Virus record (IMG/VR): IMGVR_UViG_3300027917_000026
Strand: one strand, 5' to 3'
Source: an uncultured virus (IMG/VR IMGVR_UViG_3300027917_000026)
Lineage: Duplodnaviria > Heunggongvirae > Uroviricota > Caudoviricetes
Length of the DNA: 64,000 bases
The notes under the pieces were generated by a model. That model saw only the letters and a program-made list of their open reading frames with translations. It was not told the DNA's origin and searched no databases. Shown here in pieces: positions 58,050 to 64,000 of this stretch. A program made the translations under genes and the position numbers. The stretch's first letter is position 1. Each line of letters begins with the position of its first letter.

Positions 58050-58112
58050 GGCATCCGCCTCCTTGCCCCATCCGGGGTCATTTGTAGTAATTAGTTTTGT
58101 TGCATCCGCAAC
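58050..58112 (-). promoter_or_regulatory. three GGAU-loop hairpins in scaffold leader (putative translational operator)
   Basis: GTTGC-GGAT-GCAAC, CCCC-GGAT-GGGG, GGC-GGAT-GCC; the last overlaps SD AAGGAGG and abuts the ATG. Confidence 0.6.
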
Positions 58113-58174
58113 GCTCTAGTCAATAGCTTCAAGCACAAAATGACTACAACAAACTCGTAGTAATTATCCAATTA

Positions 58175-58615
58175 CTACGATGGTTTGAAATAGAAAATTC
58201 CGCCATCCGCAAGTTTGTGGTTCCTTACATCGAAGTGAAACCAAGTGATGTCAGTTTCAATTGCCTTAATGAGTGAATACTCTTCCCGGTCAGGGTTTGC
58301 AATGATATCCTGACGAATCTCTTCGGCTGTCACTTTGACAGGAATCAAATCCAAAGCTCTTCCAAATTTATGTTGACTTAAAGCCGCGCCAAACGCGGAG
58401 CCAAAAGGTCTAAAACCCCTCAAGGTGCTGTCACCACCCCATTGCCACGTATTGACTACAATGGTTCCGAAACGATGACGCAACAAATCAGCCGTTATCA
58501 ATACCCGATCATCAAATAACAGCCAAAGTTTGTCTACCTTGTTTTGTTTGGCATACTTTTCAAATAAATCCTTCGGCACAAGTTCATAAATTTCAAAGAA
58601 TTCTGGGATATACAT
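58175..58615 (-). CDS. peptidase M15-family endolysin
   Basis: RGFR, SQHKFGRALD, WFHFDVR. Confidence 0.85.
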   Translation of the reverse strand: MYIPEFFEIYELVPKDLFEKYAKQNKVDKLWLLFDDRVLITADLLRHRFGTIVVNTWQWGGDSTLRGFRPFGSAFGAALSQHKFGRALDLIPVKVTAEEIRQDIIANPDREEYSLIKAIETDITWFHFDVRNHKLADGGIFYFKPS

Positions 58616-58617
58616 TT

Positions 58618-58818
58618 TTACTCCTTTTCATATATGATATCATTGCCTTGATCCGGCAATGGTTCAGAATGAAGGTTTTCGCCATAGGCAATCTCCTCTG
58701 GAATGCGATCTGGAAAGGCTTTGCAAACAACCCTTTCCGTTTCCTCTTCCTCATTATCTTGTTTCACCCCAAGGAAATGCCTACATTTCCGAATTGAACA
58801 TTTTGGTTGCTCGATCAT
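58618..58818 (-). CDS. small Cys-rich protein, candidate MuF-toxin partner/immunity
   Basis: CSIRKCRH...CKAFPDRIPEEI..G...H; downstream of MuF. Confidence 0.65.
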   Translation of the reverse strand: MIEQPKCSIRKCRHFLGVKQDNEEEETERVVCKAFPDRIPEEIAYGENLHSEPLPDQGNDIIYEKE

Positions 58819-59099
58819 ATTTCACCATGTATTGCAATATGTTTTTCATATGCGGCTTTTACTCCATCAAAATTTTCTGGATCAATTAAAACCGCTTGAC
58901 GAAAGAAAAAAGTGTAGGGATTAAATTTCCCTATTATTTCCGCAAAGTCAGAATAGCTTTTATATTGATGCTTCGGCAATTCATGGACTATATTGATCTT
59001 GCCGCCTTTGACCACATCAAAGGATTGATATTGATCCTCATTTGTTACCCATCCAGAAATGTAGTCATCTGAAATATCTATAACGCAAATTAAATCCAT
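58815..59099 (-). CDS. small acidic protein, candidate immunity protein
   Basis: translationally coupled (TAATG) to the MuF stop. Confidence 0.6.
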   Translation of the reverse strand: MDLICVIDISDDYISGWVTNEDQYQSFDVVKGGKINIVHELPKHQYKSYSDFAEIIGKFNPYTFFFRQAVLIDPENFDGVKAAYEKHIAIHGEI

Positions 59100-61870
59100 T
59101 ATAAGAATTCCACTGGAATGTTGTACCGTTCCGCCAATTGGCGTATATGCGACAGACCACTTCCATAATCAGACTTGTGAACAATTATCTTTACTACATC
59201 ACCCCTTGCCAAATCGATGCCGCCATAGACTTGCGCCTCTACGTATGAATAAGCACCATCCGCCCATCCGCCCAATGTCTCCTGACCACTAAGCAAACGG
59301 CGAACATACCGCGACGCCTCATCTATACTTCTTGATCCACGTATCCATCCCGCAAGTCGGCGCAATATAGGTGCGCTATTTTCTAACGTTCCCAAACCAT
59401 CAGGGATATGTACTGCCGAAGAGTTACCACTAGTCAATGTCACATTTGCCTTGAATTTATCATGTAGTACAAATTCAATATCTCCATATTGACTAGCTGA
59501 TCCCGGATGAATCGGATCACGTAGAAATCCGTAAATCGGCCTTTCACCCGCAACAGCCGCAGGCAAATCCGCGCCATCACTGACTTTGCGGTAGGCAGGA
59601 TTTTTCTGCAACGTTCCATTTGATAATGCACGTTCCCAACGGTCACGACCAGAACCTTTGTATGGGCCGAGATAACCACTACTTGAACCAGCATTCTTTC
59701 CTAATTGAAATTGATTTTTAAACTTTCCATTTTTAAAAATATCTTTATAACTTGCCGCCGTTGCCGAATGCAATTGTCTACGTACAGAAATAACTGCATT
59801 GTCAGCAACCATTTGTGCAAGTTGCTGAACCTCTTCCGGTTCAATGCCCAAATATTCCGCAATGCGCCTTGTTTTTTCAGTAGTCAATTTTCCTGTATCA
59901 TCGGCAAATTTAATTGTTTGCTTCTGCCGAGTGTTTAGCGGCGGCCTTTCAGCCGCTTTTTTTAGCGTCACCTTTTTGACAGGCGGAAGTTTTACTACAG
60001 GTATCTCACCCTTAAATAAATTATCAAAAAAATCTTCGATCTCTTTTGGCAACATACCTTTTCGATAATGTTTGCTTGTGCGAATCGCCCATGCTTCCGC
60101 AAATGCCTCTTTGACATTGGTTGCCGAGTAGTTAGTTACTTTACTTTCCCACCATGACTTCCCATGTTTATTCCAAATATTATCCCACGCCTCATCAAAT
60201 TTGTTTAGTGGTGCATAACGTTTAAATAAAATGGAGTGAACATGATGACCGAATTCATGCCGAAAAGTAATTGACGGTAAATGCGCGGCATGTGTGGATG
60301 TTGACGAAGACCATGGTGTAGTCAATTTCATAATACTACGTTCAAGCACCATATTATCAGCCGCAATCGCCATCCGCGTTCCGCCATGGATTCCAAATGT
60401 TGACTTCCATCTTTCGGCAAGCTTGCCTAGATATTTATCCTTTACAAATTTGATATGTGTTATTGGATGACTACTTAGAGCATCCGCAATTAATGGACTT
60501 AAGCCGGTCATGTGTTCAACTGCATCAGCGACAGGTTTGACAATCATTTCAATAAAATTATCATAAGCATCTTCGCTGAAATCCACAATTCCATAGACCC
60601 CACGGTCAGCAAGCCTTTCATGCGGATCGACACCCGAAACCTTTGGAGGCTTTCCGCCTTTTACTACTTTCAATTCGGGTTTCTTTGGTTTCGGTGCCGC
60701 CTTTGGTTTTGGCTTTGCCTTCTTTTTAACAGCCGCGCCATAGGCTTTCAATTCATCTTTCAATTCCTTTAATTCGGCACGCAAGATTTTCCGCATTGCT
60801 ACGCCCTCTTTATATTCGGCATACAAGGCGGCACGTTCCTTTGTGAATTCTTTGCCCTTTTTGCCTTTCATGGCGTAGTATTTGGTTTTCAATTCATCGG
60901 TTCGCGCACTTGACTCCTTTAATTCCTTTTCCTTTGCGTCAACCCTTGCGGCAATTCGTTTTGCTTCATCGTCACCCGCATCCGCCGCCATTCTCGCAAC
61001 AATTTCTTCTTGAGAAATTTCTTCGCCTAATTCATCCTCAAGCCATTCTTTTCTGACAGGCCGCCAATGATGCCTACAATTATATCCGCCACGGTATTGA
61101 AAAGCTGGGCCACGTTTGCCTTGCCATGGCATCGAATCCCATGAGTCAATTGTTCTCTTCGTGTAAACCTTGCCAGCGCGGGTTATACAGAAGGGGCGTG
61201 ATGTTTGGATCACATCACCCACATATAAATAATGAGTGTAGTTAAGATCCTCAGCCTTTTTTAGAGTCACCGCATTATGGAAGTCATGCACCGCATCATG
61301 CGCAAAAGTGGTTGCATATAAACTCATAGGTCTTCCGCGTGCATCGGTGTGACCTGTCAGGACACCCGCAATCGTATTGCGCAATGTAGAAAACTTTTGA
61401 CCCCTGATAACATGGTCATACATTGCCGCCGCAATTGCGTCTCGCGCCTCTTCGCCAAAAGCCGCGAATTGCCTGTATGTCTGAAGCCTTAATTGATCCA
61501 TTATTGTTTTGTCGATTCCTGTAAATGCAATTGCATCACCAAAAGATCTAAAACGCCGTTTGACTACATCGGAAATGCTTGAAAAGTCACCCAGCATTTC
61601 ATCAACCGTCACATTATATGACTTCTCAAATTCCTTTACAAGCTGTGTGTGCATTGACTGCGCCATTTTGATATTTGCCTTTGTTGCGGCAAGTGTACCC
61701 CTAGGCGTTGTATCAAGTTTATTCAGCATATCAGTAATGTCTTCGCGCAATCCATTAATAGCACCTAGCAATCGCCGTTCATGGTTGTCGGCTAAATGAG
61801 ATAAGAAGTCATCGTCATCAAGTGACGATTGTAGCAATTCGGCGATGCCTATTTCACGAACCGTTGCCAA
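59099..61870 (-). CDS. MuF/minor head protein with zincin metallopeptidase and DUF3626/ART-like C-terminal domains
   Basis: follows portal; SRPFC...GGYNCRHHW; HEFGH...YSATNVKEAFAE; FKNQF...RPIYG...YGDI.FVL...YVEAQVYG. Confidence 0.82.
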   Translation of the reverse strand: MATVREIGIAELLQSSLDDDDFLSHLADNHERRLLGAINGLREDITDMLNKLDTTPRGTLAATKANIKMAQSMHTQLVKEFEKSYNVTVDEMLGDFSSISDVVKRRFRSFGDAIAFTGIDKTIMDQLRLQTYRQFAAFGEEARDAIAAAMYDHVIRGQKFSTLRNTIAGVLTGHTDARGRPMSLYATTFAHDAVHDFHNAVTLKKAEDLNYTHYLYVGDVIQTSRPFCITRAGKVYTKRTIDSWDSMPWQGKRGPAFQYRGGYNCRHHWRPVRKEWLEDELGEEISQEEIVARMAADAGDDEAKRIAARVDAKEKELKESSARTDELKTKYYAMKGKKGKEFTKERAALYAEYKEGVAMRKILRAELKELKDELKAYGAAVKKKAKPKPKAAPKPKKPELKVVKGGKPPKVSGVDPHERLADRGVYGIVDFSEDAYDNFIEMIVKPVADAVEHMTGLSPLIADALSSHPITHIKFVKDKYLGKLAERWKSTFGIHGGTRMAIAADNMVLERSIMKLTTPWSSSTSTHAAHLPSITFRHEFGHHVHSILFKRYAPLNKFDEAWDNIWNKHGKSWWESKVTNYSATNVKEAFAEAWAIRTSKHYRKGMLPKEIEDFFDNLFKGEIPVVKLPPVKKVTLKKAAERPPLNTRQKQTIKFADDTGKLTTEKTRRIAEYLGIEPEEVQQLAQMVADNAVISVRRQLHSATAASYKDIFKNGKFKNQFQLGKNAGSSSGYLGPYKGSGRDRWERALSNGTLQKNPAYRKVSDGADLPAAVAGERPIYGFLRDPIHPGSASQYGDIEFVLHDKFKANVTLTSGNSSAVHIPDGLGTLENSAPILRRLAGWIRGSRSIDEASRYVRRLLSGQETLGGWADGAYSYVEAQVYGGIDLARGDVVKIIVHKSDYGSGLSHIRQLAERYNIPVEFL

Positions 61871-61874
61871 TCAG

Positions 61875-63401
61875 TTATTCCTCAATTCCCTCATCTTCGT
61901 CAGACAGTGGTGGTTGTTGGTTTGGCGGAAGATTTTGACCCGGCATGTTCTGTGAATATTCATCAAATTCTTCTGTCGCGTCAATCTCATCATCGATATC
62001 CTTTATCATATCAACATCGGCGGCGGGTAGCATTTTCCGCGCAACCTGTTTTTGTAGTTGTTTATTGAATATGTCAGATTTGACTATAATTGATGCAGTC
62101 AAAATATTTTCAAGGTCTGTCGCAAGATCCTCAACGTCATACGTTCTTTCACGTTCAATTGAAAATTCGCCAACATCTACATTTTCCCATGCCGCCCAAT
62201 ACTCAACAATCTTGCGTTCCGCTTTTTCAAGGTTAATTGCTTTTCGCACCAACATGGAGTTAAGCAATTGAAATTCGGCTTTCAATGCCGTACCCGATTT
62301 TGCTGTTGTAGATATTTCAGTGGATGCCATTCCGCCAGCGTTCACGGCTCGATATATCTCCATAACTTTTCTTTCAATCCATGCTAAAACCGCGTCAATC
62401 GGTTCTTTAACTGCGGCGGCAAGCCAATCAGGTTTTGACTCCGGATGTTCGGGATCAAATTCTAAAATTGCAGTAACACCTGTTTCATCCTCTCCGGCAA
62501 CCTGTTGATGACCGGGCACTTGCTCCTGTTTCGGTTTTCTCATCATAGGAAAAGCCGCATAAGTAATAATTTCTTCGCCGTGACTTAAATTCCTTAGTAT
62601 TGAAACATCGATTCTCGAAACATCATGGATATCCGAAATACCTATCGGCCTAACTTTACTTCTAAGATTTTGTAGCCAAACAAACGGAATCTCACCCAAT
62701 GTATTATCACCCTCACCAATCAATTCCGCTTCTTTTGAATTTATCTTCGCGGCGTGCTTATCACCCGCCGAATCCTCATCATTTTCATCATCAGGTATCT
62801 CCCATATCTCCCAATGGTCTGGCCACCACAAGCGATATTGTTTATCCTCATCCAATAACTTCAAATAAGACAGATACGGCCGGTTGTTTTCGTCTCGCGC
62901 ATATTCCCAATCCATAATAGCTTGCGGAAGATATCTTGCCACATATGGATAAACATTTTCTTCGACTTGCTCGGCGCGGGTTTCAAATGATCGGGATGCC
63001 TTATCTACAAGTATTCCGACAAGACCTGTCACACCCGCCCACCGACCGCATTCCGTCAAGAAGTCATCCCATGGATCACCATACAAATTGCAGTCATCTT
63101 GAAATTCGGCAAACAGGTTGTCATTTTTAAGGTTCGCCATATCACGCTTTACAGGTTTCTTGAAAAGGTAGAAATTGAAAAGGTCAACTATCGATTTGCT
63201 ATAACTAAAACCATATGCTTCTTTTATTCGCCGTTCATAGTTGCCTTGGCTTTCACGTTCATGTTTTTCAAGATACCCTCTTCGCACCAACTCTTTTGCA
63301 CCCTCATATGCCGCCATCAAAAAAATCCATTCTGGGAAGTAAAACGTATAGAGTTCATGCGTTTCCTTAAGATCACCAGCTTTCAGTTGTTCTTTCGGCA
63401 T
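61875..63401 (-). CDS. portal protein (SPP1-like)
   Basis: 508 aa; YL.KH.RES..Y.RR, LGEIPFV, KSGTAL; precedes MuF. Confidence 0.88.
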   Translation of the reverse strand: MPKEQLKAGDLKETHELYTFYFPEWIFLMAAYEGAKELVRRGYLEKHERESQGNYERRIKEAYGFSYSKSIVDLFNFYLFKKPVKRDMANLKNDNLFAEFQDDCNLYGDPWDDFLTECGRWAGVTGLVGILVDKASRSFETRAEQVEENVYPYVARYLPQAIMDWEYARDENNRPYLSYLKLLDEDKQYRLWWPDHWEIWEIPDDENDEDSAGDKHAAKINSKEAELIGEGDNTLGEIPFVWLQNLRSKVRPIGISDIHDVSRIDVSILRNLSHGEEIITYAAFPMMRKPKQEQVPGHQQVAGEDETGVTAILEFDPEHPESKPDWLAAAVKEPIDAVLAWIERKVMEIYRAVNAGGMASTEISTTAKSGTALKAEFQLLNSMLVRKAINLEKAERKIVEYWAAWENVDVGEFSIERERTYDVEDLATDLENILTASIIVKSDIFNKQLQKQVARKMLPAADVDMIKDIDDEIDATEEFDEYSQNMPGQNLPPNQQPPLSDEDEGIEE

Positions 63402-63551
63402 TTATCTTTTTCCTTTTTTCTTCTTTTTCTTTTTGCCTGTTTTATATGACTGCCCTGTTTGATCTTGACAGATCCGAATTGCGGATACTTTGCTTTTTCC
63501 CGAAGCAATTACTTTTCGCACTCACCTATGGACTTTCGTGCCTTTTGGCAT
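63402..63551 (-). CDS. 49-aa basic protein with in-frame TGA at codon 10 (candidate selenoprotein; not in ORF track)
   Basis: AAGGAG RBS; MPKGTKVHR*VRKVIASGKSKVSAIRICQDQTGQSYKTGKKKKKKKGKR; terminal TAA abuts the portal ATG; hairpin just 3' of the TGA. Confidence 0.65.
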
Positions 63552-63560
63552 TTTTACTCC

Positions 63561-63830
63561 TTAACCAAATTTCGGATTAAAACTAATTCTTCGTCGCGTT
63601 GACTTATACCCACCTGTTGACAATTTATATGCGGCTTGCGCCGTTCTTATGTTTCCGGGAGATCCTGTACGTGCAATATGCTTCAGTGCGGCCTTTTTTA
63701 ATTTCGGTGATGTTCGCATACCGCGCTTTAATGCTTCCCGCGCTTTTGCCATATTCAGCTTACGTGCCGCACGTTGTCGCGGGGTGATCCGTTTCGGCCT
63801 AAGACTTTTACTTCTTTTTCTTTTAGCCAT
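63561..63830 (-). CDS. highly basic small protein (possible DNA-binding core protein)
   Basis: 89 aa Arg/Lys/Ala-rich; AAGGAG RBS. Confidence 0.7.
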   Translation of the reverse strand: MAKRKRSKSLRPKRITPRQRAARKLNMAKAREALKRGMRTSPKLKKAALKHIARTGSPGNIRTAQAAYKLSTGGYKSTRRRISFNPKFG

Positions 63831-64000
63831 TTTTACTCCTTAATTTTCTTTTTAATTTCAAGTAGTGTTTCTTGATTGCTCGGAAACAGGTACACCAACT
63901 TTCACTGTCATCCGGCGGCGGAGGCGGATCGGGCGTAGGTGGCGGATCGGGCGGCGATTCTTTTCCGCCAAACATTACTCCCGCTTTGTTTTCGCTTGAC
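63823..64000 (-). CDS. 3' end of a gene running off the window (Pro-rich linker then Cys and basic tail)
   Basis: open frame ...KESPPDPPPTPDPPPPPDDSESWCTCFRAIKKHYLKLKRKLRSKNG*. Confidence 0.5.
   Translation of the reverse strand, partial: SSENKAGVMFGGKESPPDPPPTPDPPPPPDDSESWCTCFRAIKKHYLKLKRKLRSKNG

Noticed and set aside
419..63843. Numerous short antisense or overlapping ORFs in the six-frame track
   Set aside because: They lie inside well-supported genes on the other strand or frame and show no recognisable motifs.
1..64000. Genome-wide stop-codon reassignment
   Set aside because: Long genes are intact in code 11, and TGA, TAG and TAA all end genes with normal overlaps; only one in-frame TGA candidate was found.

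Overview
A 64 kb segment of a large tailed dsDNA phage genome with two convergent blocks; it looks siphovirus-like (tail tube, tape measure, NlpC/P60 and hub genes, no sheath seen). The + strand (1-19403) carries replication/recombination genes (DnaE fused to a family-4 uracil-DNA glycosylase, gp32-like SSB with a DIPF tail, RecA, flap/5'-3' exonuclease, split Rad50/SbcC around Mre11/SbcD, Holliday junction resolvase) and many small unknown ORFs. The - strand (64000-19400) carries portal, MuF minor head protein with toxin-like extension, M15 endolysin, scaffold, major capsid, neck, tail tube, frameshifting tail chaperone, tape measure, tail tip/adhesins, lysis/membrane genes, a second block of virion-like proteins, and sugar-modifying enzymes. 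Main signal: ten late-gene products carry 15 near-pure poly-Thr(Ser) tracts, 9 of them at the extreme C-terminus. The same late block encodes a GT-A glycosyltransferase with polypeptide-GalNAc-transferase-like motifs, GT4 and GT9 transferases, ADP-heptose synthesis enzymes, two methyltransferase domains and two sulfotransferase-like proteins. I infer a phage-encoded, tag-directed, mucin-like virion O-glycosylation system. Other highlights: an unlisted 49-residue gene upstream of the portal with an in-frame TGA plus a SECIS-like hairpin (candidate phage selenoprotein), a Tat-signal paralog of a virion-type protein among the early genes, and several structured non-coding elements. Family calls come from motif recognition by eye; no searches were run.
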